From NCBI GenBank assembly GCA_034226945.1, contig CP120453.1, positions 248,001-312,000 on the forward strand: a DNA stretch of 64,000 nt, given 5' to 3'. This document shows positions 23,358 through 32,853 of the stretch, piece after piece. The notes under the pieces are model-generated. The model was not told where the DNA came from. It was given only the letters and a program-made list of their open reading frames with translations, and did not search any database. This DNA is from Picochlorum sp. SENEW3 (lineage: Eukaryota). How positions within the stretch are numbered: position 1 is the stretch's first letter; each line of letters begins with the position of its first letter. The translations under genes and the position numbers were made by a program.

Positions 23358-23500
23358 ATCACACAATCTTCTTCTTTCAACTCTTGTCAAAACCAACTCA
23401 ACGGAAACAATTCGACCTCAACAACCTATCAACACCTAATCTCATTCCACGGATACATCGACAATACGCTCCATGGCCGTACTATATGCTTTGTTGATAT

Positions 23501-23507
23501 TATATAA
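23501..23507 (+). promoter_or_regulatory. TATA box of the putative Pol III ncRNA
   Basis: TATATAA starts 27 nt before GAACA (23528), the same spacing as at the tRNA locus. Confidence 0.45.
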
Positions 23508-23527
23508 AAATTATAGTGTGTTTTCAG

Positions 23528-23930
23528 GAACAAGAATCCATCATTTCTACGATATTGTACTCGCGTGGGAATTTCAAACTGACGCCAGGGCGCCTGTATA
23601 CTCGCTGCCTGTCAACCAAGGCGTTTGATAGGAATTCCTTATGATTATGCTTGGGCATCAGAACCTTGAACAGCATGGCACCATGCTCAGACCTTTGCGG
23701 CGCATACCCTCAAGAAACGCATGCATCAGTGTCATCAGATCATTCTGAGACCCACGAGTGCCGCATTCTGTAGGGCCACCCGCCTGTCGACTGCTGGTCG
23801 CATGCAAGGAACTGTGACCGCTGAGGCGTGCCCTTGGAAGGGATGGCCCTGTCGATCGGTGACTGGCCACTCGTTGCCACGATATCTAAACAGAGCATCC
23901 CCATCGCTAGCGTATCATGCAAATTATTTT
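23528..23930 (+). ncRNA. Structured ~400-nt ncRNA, telomerase RNA candidate
   Basis: No T4 run until TTTT at 23927-23930. Helices include 23551-23558/23879-23886, 23567-23574/23632-23639, 23754-23760/23868-23874 and 23796-23802/23813-23819. Template-like GAACCTTGAAC at 23661-23671. No convincing ORF. Confidence 0.5.
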
Positions 23931-23960
23931 CGATACACGTGAGGAATAGAATAGATTGCC

Positions 23961-24548
23961 ATGAACGCATTGTCGATGAAAGCACATGTAGCCCAGACGC
24001 AGAGTCTGCAGAGGGTACAGGTATGTCTACTTTGATGTTCTTGCGCATGCATTGGGGCAATGCGTATCATATATTGGCAGAATTTTAATATGTCATAATA
24101 ATGTGGGGGGAGTGGGGGGATATCGTTGTGGGGGAGCGTGGTAGTAGGGGAGCCTGTAGGCTGTGCCGACATTGCGCTGCGACATGTATTTCCCTGGACT
24201 GGGTATATTTTGGGATATCAGGGTACTATTTGACACATTTGATGATTTTATATGTGAATGCAGGGTGCTGCAAGCAGGACTGTTGCCAGAACACCGCTCG
24301 TGGTGGAAAATAGAGTGGCTATTCGCTTCACGAGGATGGGGCGTAAGAAGCTGCCTTTCTACAGGATTGTTGCCATTGATTCCAGGAAACGTCGCGATGG
24401 TGCTCCATTGGAGTATCTTGGGTGGTATGATCCAATGAAGAAGGAGGCCAATCTCAATGCTCCAGCGATTAGAAAGTGGCTCTCAGATGGGGCCAAGCCA
24501 TCCGAGACTGTGTCTGGGTTGTTGAAGAAGGCCATGGTTATTGAATGA
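23961..24548 (+). CDS. rps16: Nucleus-encoded organellar (probably plastid) ribosomal protein S16; exons 23961-24020 and 24264-24548
   Basis: [42 protein letters not shown]. The first exon encodes transit-like [12 protein letters not shown] and is joined by a GTATGT..GCAG intron. Confidence 0.92.
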
Positions 24549-24784
24549 TTAGATTTTCGTAGTTATTGTATAGTGTAATCATGAACAAGTAATGCTATTA
24601 TTATTATGTACACTAATATTACAATTAATGGCGCTACAATGGGAAGAAAATGGTATATGAAAGTACCAAAGGTATGAACAAGTCTCAAAATATCTGGGGG
24701 AAAAAACATAGAATTGAAATGGTTGCAATGTCATTTCTCTCTCTCTCTCACCTATAGGTTGGCTCTTAGGGTAGTAGCATCTCA

Positions 24785-25951
24785 TTAGCATCGTGCCCGT
24801 TTGCGGGAACTGCTGTCATCAGACGCAAATTCTGGGTCCTTCTCAACCAGAATGTGGATAATCCTCCTGTCCTCTGTCCACCGCTCGAAAATTATTTTGT
24901 CACCCACATCAAGTCCAATGCTTCGCGCTGCTGAGCACCATCCTGTGGTGAGTCTGTTATGTCTCTGTCTCGAAGACACAATGCCTTCGTACTTGACATT
25001 GTGGTTCCTTCCAAAGACATCCACAAGAATAACATCATGTTTGAAAACGGATTTGAATTCGTTTGATTTCTTCATTTCTTCAACGTGCTTTGGTATGGGG
25101 GGTAAAAGTTTGGATGCCATTTCTGCCGTAACATTGAATCGAACCAAGTAGGATGAATTTGTCATTCTCTTTTCTACCCGTTCAATTGGATGGCCATACT
25201 CACGAACCAAACGATCCCTGAGAATGTCAAAAGCAGGCGGAGCCGATGTTTCTTTGTTGATTAGGGATTGATCAACCCTGTTTTCATATGCTCCCGCCAA
25301 GACGGAATCAGCCAGCTTCTGCTCAACAGGATTCTTATATCCCTGCGATTCTTTCACTGAGCCACTCAAGAAACTGGGTCTGGCAGTATCGCCTCCTCTC
25401 TTCTCAGCGTTGTCCCCATTTTGCAATGATGATAGCTTTTCAGATACAAGAGATAGCAAGTCCATATTTCGCGTCTTACTGGTATCATTCATTCTCTCCT
25501 GTTGTTGAAGAGTGTGCTGGCCAGGATTTTGTGGCATAAAGTGCTGGGGGACAGGAGTGAATGCACCCATTCTTCCAGCCGCAGGCACGACGCCATTCCG
25601 CTTATGATCCTGACTTTGAACAATTTTCTTTGGAGATGTACTTTCCAGCAACTGCTGCGCCTGTTGCCGCTGTTGGGACAAGCCTATGAGCTCCGCCATC
25701 TGCTCATAGTACTTCTTCTGCAGCATAGTTTGATGACTCATTATCCTTGCTTGCTTCTCGCGATAGTCTTGTACCGTTTGCAACACTGAAATCATATTTG
25801 GAATATCGATCGTCCCATACTCGTCTTCGATCCTCTTCAAAATCTGGAGCATTCTCAGATGCGATTCCAAATCACTCTGCTCCTTCACCGGCTGTTGGTT
25901 TGGTCTATCGCCAACCATGGCTTTCTGCAGTTTCGGCATGTAGCCATCCAT
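24785..25951 (-). CDS. B3-domain transcription factor (start uncertain)
   Basis: C-terminal LVDVFGRNHNVKY..RLTTGW..IGLDVGDKIIFER is a B3 fold signature; Gln-rich N-terminal region. Confidence 0.75.
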   Translation of the reverse strand: MDGYMPKLQKAMVGDRPNQQPVKEQSDLESHLRMLQILKRIEDEYGTIDIPNMISVLQTVQDYREKQARIMSHQTMLQKKYYEQMAELIGLSQQRQQAQQLLESTSPKKIVQSQDHKRNGVVPAAGRMGAFTPVPQHFMPQNPGQHTLQQQERMNDTSKTRNMDLLSLVSEKLSSLQNGDNAEKRGGDTARPSFLSGSVKESQGYKNPVEQKLADSVLAGAYENRVDQSLINKETSAPPAFDILRDRLVREYGHPIERVEKRMTNSSYLVRFNVTAEMASKLLPPIPKHVEEMKKSNEFKSVFKHDVILVDVFGRNHNVKYEGIVSSRQRHNRLTTGWCSAARSIGLDVGDKIIFERWTEDRRIIHILVEKDPEFASDDSSSRKRARC

Positions 25952-26578
25952 CTTGTCACTGTAAAAGCAATATATATGACATATCTTTGCATTAGCACTC
26001 TCTTTGGGCTTGAGACGCGGTGTTAGGTTACCATGTGGTGAGTCTCCCAGCCCGAGATTGACCAGGTCCCATGGTGCCAGTACACTCCTATCTGAACTCA
26101 TAAATACATACCTTATATGTTTATATATCAATTCAGGGGTCACTTGGGTGCATTATCTCCTCGCAGAGCGCAAGGTGGTGTAAATGTCGACTCGAGTTTT
26201 CCCGTACACAACGGGCTTGCTGCTGACAGCCCGAGGGATACGCGTCTGTGCAAATTCTCAAACCTTTTAATAATTTGAATTGTTTTACACGCTGCCATCG
26301 CACGATTGCGTGCATTAACATCGTGGCCAAGGCCAAATATTCATTGGGGCGTCGTATTATTCCATTCCCACAAAACATACACTTCGATGGGACACGAATG
26401 CGTATTTGCCTCGCAGGCGCACACAGGTGCTAACACCTAACACACCCCTAACACTCTAGCACATCTATCGCCACATCTGCACAGACGCGGAGAGAGAGAT
26501 GGCACGAGAGATCATCCCTGGGTATGCTTCAGATGAATACAAGGGGCAGAAACATAGAACACACGTTGCTTGTTAGAA

Positions 26579-26662
26579 AGAGAAAACCGAGAGGAAACCG
26601 AGAGGAAACCGGGAGGAAACCAAGAGGAAACTAACAGGATGAAACCATAAGGAAACCAAACC
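26579..26662 (+). repeat. Degenerating 11-bp minisatellite (GAGGAAACCGA-like)
   Basis: About 7 copies of a GAAACC-centred unit, becoming more divergent rightward. Confidence 0.8.
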
Positions 26663-26719
26663 AGCAGTATCCACACGCTCCGAAGACCAGATACCTTTTA
26701 CATTTCAAACTCAACACGA

Positions 26720-27610
26720 TCACTTTTGCTCTGCTTCAGCTTCCAAATCTCTACAATATGGGCCAGGAGGAGGCCCAACAAGGGTCTGGGTACCTTGGCT
26801 GGGAACCCAAGCACCATTCGCAACAGCCCCAGCAGGTTCGGCTTTAGTCCTATGCTGAGAGCCAGACTTTGGTTTCTTCCCCGCCTTGATGTCATCAATT
26901 ATCTGTTTAGCATCCTGTGGAGTCAAATCCTCATAATAGGTGTATGAAAATCCCTCCGCCCCTTGAGTATAGTCTGCAATGGCAATCATTGGAGCATTCA
27001 CGCATGCCCCCATACACTCCATCTCACCCAGCGTAAACATCCCATCCGACGTTGTCTGCCCATAGTCGACACCTAGATGCTCCTTTAATGCCCCATAGAT
27101 ACCCTTGGCACCCTGGAGCATACAGGGTGTTGTCCCACACACCATCACATGGTACTTGCCAATCTTTGATCTATTGAACATGGTATAGAATGTAGCCACC
27201 TCAAACACACGTATCTCTGCCATACCAAGAACCTCTGCCACCTTCCTCATCGCATTCAATGACAGCCAACCATCATTCTGCTGCTGTGCCAAATCCAACA
27301 CAGGAATCACTGCAGACTGCTTCCAATTATCCGGATACCTCGACAGTATCTCCTCAACTCGCTTGTAATTCTCTGGTGTGAAGTCGAATGGTGTATCGTT
27401 ATTATTATGTGCCTCGTCCCTGTGAACATTAAACACATCATGACTATTCGTTGCATACGACCTCCACACCCCAGATACACCTGCGCAAGCTTGACATGAG
27501 GAAGATTTCACAGTTGAATAAGATTTGACTCCGCTCTCGGTGATTGCGCTGGAACACCAGGCCAGAGCTCTTCGTGCAACCTGGTTCCTCAGCAATCGAG
27601 ACATACTCAT
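26720..27610 (-). CDS. NDUFV2: NADH:ubiquinone oxidoreductase 24 kDa subunit
   Basis: [16 protein letters not shown] and [10 protein letters not shown] 2Fe-2S motifs; mitochondrial presequence. Confidence 0.96.
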   Translation of the reverse strand: MSMSRLLRNQVARRALAWCSSAITESGVKSYSTVKSSSCQACAGVSGVWRSYATNSHDVFNVHRDEAHNNNDTPFDFTPENYKRVEEILSRYPDNWKQSAVIPVLDLAQQQNDGWLSLNAMRKVAEVLGMAEIRVFEVATFYTMFNRSKIGKYHVMVCGTTPCMLQGAKGIYGALKEHLGVDYGQTTSDGMFTLGEMECMGACVNAPMIAIADYTQGAEGFSYTYYEDLTPQDAKQIIDDIKAGKKPKSGSQHRTKAEPAGAVANGAWVPSQGTQTLVGPPPGPYCRDLEAEAEQK

Positions 27611-28093
27611 CTGCACTCGAGAACCAACGGTCGCGGTGTTATTTGAATTATTTCAGCAATTTTTCAGTATTTAGAGTGTGGGTATTCCGAGCTGAGTCGA
27701 TGATACCGAAAACCCAGTGTACTTCCGTACTTTGTATAATAAAAAAATCGACGCCATGGCCACTGGAAAGAAAGAAAGAATGCGTCAGCGTATTCTTAGC
27801 GTTGGTCCTCGACAAACTGGTATATTGATGAAATTCCTTGGTAAAAATTCTGTAGGATTAGTGGAACAGAAAAGGTTACGAGCAAGAGCGTGCGTGGATT
27901 TGGGAACACGTTCTTCCTAGATTAGGAGTCCCATTTCTCTGGGAACCAATACTCCGTCTTTGATGCGCGCGTGCATAGAATAGAGGGATATCATACCATA
28001 TATACCTAGATATTCGGTCACCCGGACTGACTGGCTGTCGTGAAGAGGATTGGAGTTCCGAAGACGGTCGAGCATTCGTAGTAGGAGAAAACA

Positions 28094-28921
28094 ATGAATA
28101 TAGCAGTGGAATCTCCACCGACAGTACACGAGAAGCGACGTAGTCTATTATTTGAGACCCAAGAAGAGCGAGTGCGAAGGCGGAAACGATTTGGGACGGA
28201 CGTACGAGTTGAGGGTGAGCAACTACCACCAGGTGGTGGTCGGGTTCCGTTTGGAGAGCGGAGGAATCAGTTTGAGGGTGTTCATCACCCTGTGCAGAAG
28301 AGGTGCCGTGGAGGGGAAGAGTATAGTGTGAGTGCAAGGGAGCGGGTGTACTCTGTTCGCGCTGTTCATGAGACATTGTTGAAGGCGTTAAAGGGGTTGT
28401 TTCCTGGTATGAGTGACGAAACCATTGCAAATGTTTTGGAAGAGTTTGGGGAAGATGTAGATGCAGCTATTCGTCGATTGAATGAGTTGCAGATTTCGAA
28501 TGCGGTGGAGTCAAAAGAGAGTGAAGAGCAGCATGAAGGAACGTCACAGAGTGCAGATGATTGGATTGATATGCTGGTTCAGCAAATGTCAATGGCTAAA
28601 GATGTAGATGATGCGAAACAAAGGGCGTCAGAGGTGTTGAAAGGGTTTGAGGGTGTAGTGCTGAGGCATGCTTGTCCACAAGGGGTGGAGTCCATGCAGA
28701 GGGAAAATACACTGCTGAAGCGGGCTGTTGGGATCCAGAATTCCAAGATTCACGAGTTGTCTGAAAAATGCAAGAACGTGGATGAAATGTTATTGAAGTT
28801 TGAGGAGCTGAAAGAGAAATGCCATCATTTGGAGCTTCAGAATTACTCACTGCAGCTTCACTTGAAGCAAGCAACGTGTCAAGATAATGTTGCGGCGCAC
28901 CCAAATCCTGATGTGTTTTGA
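28094..28921 (+). CDS. CUE-domain (ubiquitin-binding) protein, plant type
   Basis: LKGLFPGM..DVDAAIRRL CUE motif; ENTLLKRAVGIQ, NYSLQLHLKQA and terminal PDVF match the plant Cue family. Confidence 0.8.
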   Translation: MNIAVESPPTVHEKRRSLLFETQEERVRRRKRFGTDVRVEGEQLPPGGGRVPFGERRNQFEGVHHPVQKRCRGGEEYSVSARERVYSVRAVHETLLKALKGLFPGMSDETIANVLEEFGEDVDAAIRRLNELQISNAVESKESEEQHEGTSQSADDWIDMLVQQMSMAKDVDDAKQRASEVLKGFEGVVLRHACPQGVESMQRENTLLKRAVGIQNSKIHELSEKCKNVDEMLLKFEELKEKCHHLELQNYSLQLHLKQATCQDNVAAHPNPDVF

Positions 28922-31408
28922 TTACATTTGTATATTAATATCTGTAAGCAGTGCTTGCATTGATGAGTAGCGCTCGTCGTCTTCGAACTGTTCTTTTGAT
29001 CTGTGGAGTGCATTCCTCAGAAGCATCCGTGCTTTCCCAATGTCACTTTTCGATCCATGGGCAAGGTATGCACGTGAGAGCTCGAGACAAGCTGTCGAAT
29101 AGGTAGTAAAGTCTTCTGAATTCACGTGCCATGTGGATGTCTGGAGCATTCTGATTTGCTTCGCCAGACATTCTATGCGGGCATTTTGCTCGCCTGTCAG
29201 TGTGTAGTAGTCAGCATATATGCCCCAGAATTCCGCAATGCCAGAGCCTTTGGAGCTGGATGCAATCTTCTTGAGAATCTTGGATACGTATGATTTGGTC
29301 TGCTCCTCCGACTGAGGAGAGGTTTTGTTGGATTGTTCATTTTCCTCTTCATCTGCTGCAGCAGAAGGCTCTGCACTGGTACTCAAGCTCTCGACGAGGT
29401 TTCTCAAGAGGGAGATATTGAAAGAGTCTCCTCGTGTGAGGCTAACCATGTGATCAAGAGCCCTGGCTGATGTGGTATAATCTTTGAGTTGGCATGCAAC
29501 AAGTGCATAATTTTCCCAGGTTTGCCATGTATCTCGAGAATGCTTTGATGCTTCGCCAAATGCAACGAGTGCTTCCTGCCAATTTTTCATCTTCATATGA
29601 ACGGTTGCAAGATTATTCCAAGCCCGGCCATCGTCGGGATCCATCTGAACCAATCTTGTGAGAGCCTTGATGGCCTCGCTGTGGTCGTGTAATTTCATAC
29701 TGCACCACCCTAGAGAAAACCAAGCCTCCAGATGCAATGGACTGAGTTCCAAGGCTTGTTTCCAATAAGTTCTAGATTTATCAAAATCATCCCGTCGCAT
29801 GGCAGATCTTGCGAGTGACCTTTGTGCTCGTGCACTTCTATGGCCAGAGCACTCCCACGCTGTTTCATAGTGCTCATCAGCATCAATTAAGTCTCCTAAA
29901 GAGCACCACAGTCGAGCATCAGAAGGGGTGATGTCAAGTCTTTCCCGAACAAGTTGCTCAGCAATTTCGTTCTTCTGGAGCAATTGATAGCATACAATTA
30001 AGCTGTCCCAGAGTTCTGCTGCTTCAAACAATTTCATAGCAGCCCCAACAAGACCACATGCAACAAACGCTTCTCCCAATTCTTTCCACAGAACGGCTTT
30101 ACATGGCATCTTGACTGAGAACACATATGATAATCGATCCAACATAGGAACGTCCGACGTCACATGAGACAGAGCCTCCTTGATGCCTTCTAATGTCACG
30201 AGTGCTCTTTCTCTTGTTCTCGATCTTGCAATTTCTAGCCTAGCCATTTCAATGTATGCATTCGTTCGGATCATAAACTCGGTTTTATTCTGACTCAATA
30301 TTGCCTCGGTGTATGCGGCAAGCTCCCATTGCTGTGTTCCATCTGGCGAAGAGCCTTTTTTCACCTGATTGCACAGTGCCAGCAGCAAGACCTGATGAAG
30401 CGCTGTAAGATCTCTCCTCAACAATACACCATCATCCTCGGACGAGATCAAACGAGGTCCATTTCGAAATACATCTGAATCTGTGTCCAGTCCAGATACA
30501 TCGCTTTGTTTATTCACAACCATATTGAACACATTTTCATCCAATGCACTCCCATCATACTTTCCACATGAATCATCAAACCCTGACTTCATATCATCAT
30601 CAAGGGAAATTTTAAGCACAAGCTGTGCATGTGCATCTTTTTGATGCACAGTTCGGGTTCCAAGTGCCCCTGTCAGCCGAGCATCAATACCAAGTGCAGC
30701 AGAAGCTTTGTCAATGTGTGTGGCAACATTCTTCATCATCCCAAAATGCGTATATATATTCGCCGCTTCAACATGAACCGCCCCCAAAAGAGCTCTTTGT
30801 TCGTAATGTTTTCCTTCGTCAACAGCATAGGTAGTCTCCAATCGTGCCACCAACCCATTGATCCTCTCTAGTAACACATGAGACCGCTCTGCCAAAATAT
30901 ACTGATTCCAACATGCCACTCGGAACTTCCACCAATCCCACACACCGCCATCAAGAGCATCAAGAGCAATATTTGATAACAATAAATACTGCGGCAAGTA
31001 GACTTTCCCGACAACATCCTCTCCATTTTCAGCAATCTCCCTCAATGCCCAAGCATTATTAGCATCATCACAGTGGTGCATGCCAAAAGGACTCTCTGCA
31101 ACATCCTGCTGTGCCTCGAAAGGACCCAAAACATTACTTTGCATAAAAATCAGCAATGCACCAACCCCTACTCGACCCACCACGAATGGATCCTGGCAAT
31201 CTTCCACCAGTGACTGCACCCCACTGAATGCTGTGCCAATGTCCTGGCCTAGCGCATCACCTCGCTCCTCGAGCAGCCGTTCCATTGCATACTTGAATGC
31301 GAGATAATACTCACCCCTCTCTATACACGACTCGAACTCATCACCATGGCTTACATTCCCTTCTTCTCCCTTTTTCCACCACAAGGTGTATTGCAGCAGC
31401 CCATCCAT
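28922..31408 (-). CDS. TPR protein, TTC27/Emw1-like
   Basis: LTGALGTRT and ARAQRSL motifs; TPRs such as AWFSLG and AWNNLA; WQTWENY. Confidence 0.85.
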   Translation of the reverse strand: MDGLLQYTLWWKKGEEGNVSHGDEFESCIERGEYYLAFKYAMERLLEERGDALGQDIGTAFSGVQSLVEDCQDPFVVGRVGVGALLIFMQSNVLGPFEAQQDVAESPFGMHHCDDANNAWALREIAENGEDVVGKVYLPQYLLLSNIALDALDGGVWDWWKFRVACWNQYILAERSHVLLERINGLVARLETTYAVDEGKHYEQRALLGAVHVEAANIYTHFGMMKNVATHIDKASAALGIDARLTGALGTRTVHQKDAHAQLVLKISLDDDMKSGFDDSCGKYDGSALDENVFNMVVNKQSDVSGLDTDSDVFRNGPRLISSEDDGVLLRRDLTALHQVLLLALCNQVKKGSSPDGTQQWELAAYTEAILSQNKTEFMIRTNAYIEMARLEIARSRTRERALVTLEGIKEALSHVTSDVPMLDRLSYVFSVKMPCKAVLWKELGEAFVACGLVGAAMKLFEAAELWDSLIVCYQLLQKNEIAEQLVRERLDITPSDARLWCSLGDLIDADEHYETAWECSGHRSARAQRSLARSAMRRDDFDKSRTYWKQALELSPLHLEAWFSLGWCSMKLHDHSEAIKALTRLVQMDPDDGRAWNNLATVHMKMKNWQEALVAFGEASKHSRDTWQTWENYALVACQLKDYTTSARALDHMVSLTRGDSFNISLLRNLVESLSTSAEPSAAADEEENEQSNKTSPQSEEQTKSYVSKILKKIASSSKGSGIAEFWGIYADYYTLTGEQNARIECLAKQIRMLQTSTWHVNSEDFTTYSTACLELSRAYLAHGSKSDIGKARMLLRNALHRSKEQFEDDERYSSMQALLTDINIQM

Positions 31409-31835
31409 CCTCTACCACCTAAATTCTTCACCTCCCCTTGGATTTTTATTGATTACCTTTCTCTAATAATGTATGTGCTCTGCAATGAAATCGATCAGAA
31501 TGCAATCGTGTTGCTACTTGTCAATCACATGGCATGCCATGCACCTATGGACAGCATCCTGAGCCCTTTCTGACAGCTCTGGCTGGTGAAGTACTATTCA
31601 ATAATGACATACATTTTTTTATCATCAGCAGACTGTAGCATTATCACCTGAGACTGAGCGTCCACTCAGATCTCCAAGTGCAAGAGATCTCTGAAGAGAT
31701 CTTAATTAAGATCTCTCATAAGAGATCTGACCAAACACGGTCCACGCTCAGCATCACTTTGGCTTCACTATTATTCGCAGGAATGCGCATTATTTTATGT
31801 TGCATCTATTTCTTAGGTGATATTGTATCATTACA

Positions 31836-32843
31836 ATGTCATATTACACGAATACGAACGACGATAGGTATTATTACCAACAACAACCTGCAGGTGCTGG
31901 GATGAACACTGCTCCACCTCCTCCTGCGGGGTATCCCGGTGGGCCTTCACAGCCAAACTATTATTATTATCAGCAGCAGCAGCAGCCACAGCAGTCTTCG
32001 TTTGGGGTGCAAAAGCCTGCGGCATATGGGTATGCCCAACAACAGCAACAGCAAGCTGATATTGAAGCTCAATATGCAGCCAATGCTGCTGCAGCGTTTG
32101 CCGAACAAAAGGTTCGATCTGCATTTGTCAGAAAAGTGTTTCTTCTGGTGTTGTTAGAAATTGGTGTGACTGTTGGTATAGCATGTGTTTTCATGTTTGT
32201 TCAACCAGTCAGGGAGTATGTAGCTGGTAAGACTGTGCCATGCTCTGCTGCTCCTAATGTGTTTTTGAGGAACGATGGGACGTGCTACCAAGTTGGAGAT
32301 GGTCGATGGGTGTTTTATACTTCGTGGGCATTGACGCTTGTGACGTTGATTGCACTCATGTGCTCTACTACCTTGAGGAGAAAGTTCCCATACAACTACC
32401 TTGCCATGAGCTGGTTTACGTTTGTCATGTCCGTCCAAGTTGGATGCATTGTTGCCTTTTGGGACCTCTCTGTTGTTTTAATAGCATTTGCGGTGACTAC
32501 AGCGGCAGTAGTGGGTGTGACTGTGGCGGCATTGGTCATGCCGTGGGATTTGACATCAAAGGGACATGTGCTGGGCGGAATTGCACTTGTGGTATTCTTC
32601 ACCGCGTTGATCACCTTTTTCGTGGGATTTTTCTATGTGAGCAAATGGTGGTATTTGACTCTGTCAGTCATTATCGCCCTGCTATTTGCAGCATTCTTAG
32701 TGTATGACATTCAAACTGTTGTTGGAAAGGGAAAATATAAGCTCTCTCCTGATGAATTTGTGTTTGCTGCTGTGCAAATTTATTTGGATATCATCATCAT
32801 GTTTTTGAATATTTTGAATATTGTTGGAATTGCTAGTAGCTGA
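31836..32843 (+). CDS. Bax inhibitor-1/Lifeguard (TMBIM) family membrane protein
   Basis: Pro/Gln/Tyr-rich N-terminus; VRSAFVRKVF, YDIQ and SPDEFVFAAVQIYLDI motifs. Confidence 0.9.
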   Translation: MSYYTNTNDDRYYYQQQPAGAGMNTAPPPPAGYPGGPSQPNYYYYQQQQQPQQSSFGVQKPAAYGYAQQQQQQADIEAQYAANAAAAFAEQKVRSAFVRKVFLLVLLEIGVTVGIACVFMFVQPVREYVAGKTVPCSAAPNVFLRNDGTCYQVGDGRWVFYTSWALTLVTLIALMCSTTLRRKFPYNYLAMSWFTFVMSVQVGCIVAFWDLSVVLIAFAVTTAAVVGVTVAALVMPWDLTSKGHVLGGIALVVFFTALITFFVGFFYVSKWWYLTLSVIIALLFAAFLVYDIQTVVGKGKYKLSPDEFVFAAVQIYLDIIIMFLNILNIVGIASS

Positions 32844-32853
32844 TGTAATAGTG

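Noticed and set aside
23660..23745. Minus-strand RNase P-like AAGGTCTGAG and box C/D-like TGATGA/CTGA words
   Set aside because: No matching CR-V/P4 partner and no recognisable rRNA guide; the plus-strand Pol III model explains the region better.
26579..26662. Possible CRISPR or telomeric array
   Set aside because: Eukaryotic context, no unique spacers, and a short degenerate unit; it is an ordinary minisatellite.
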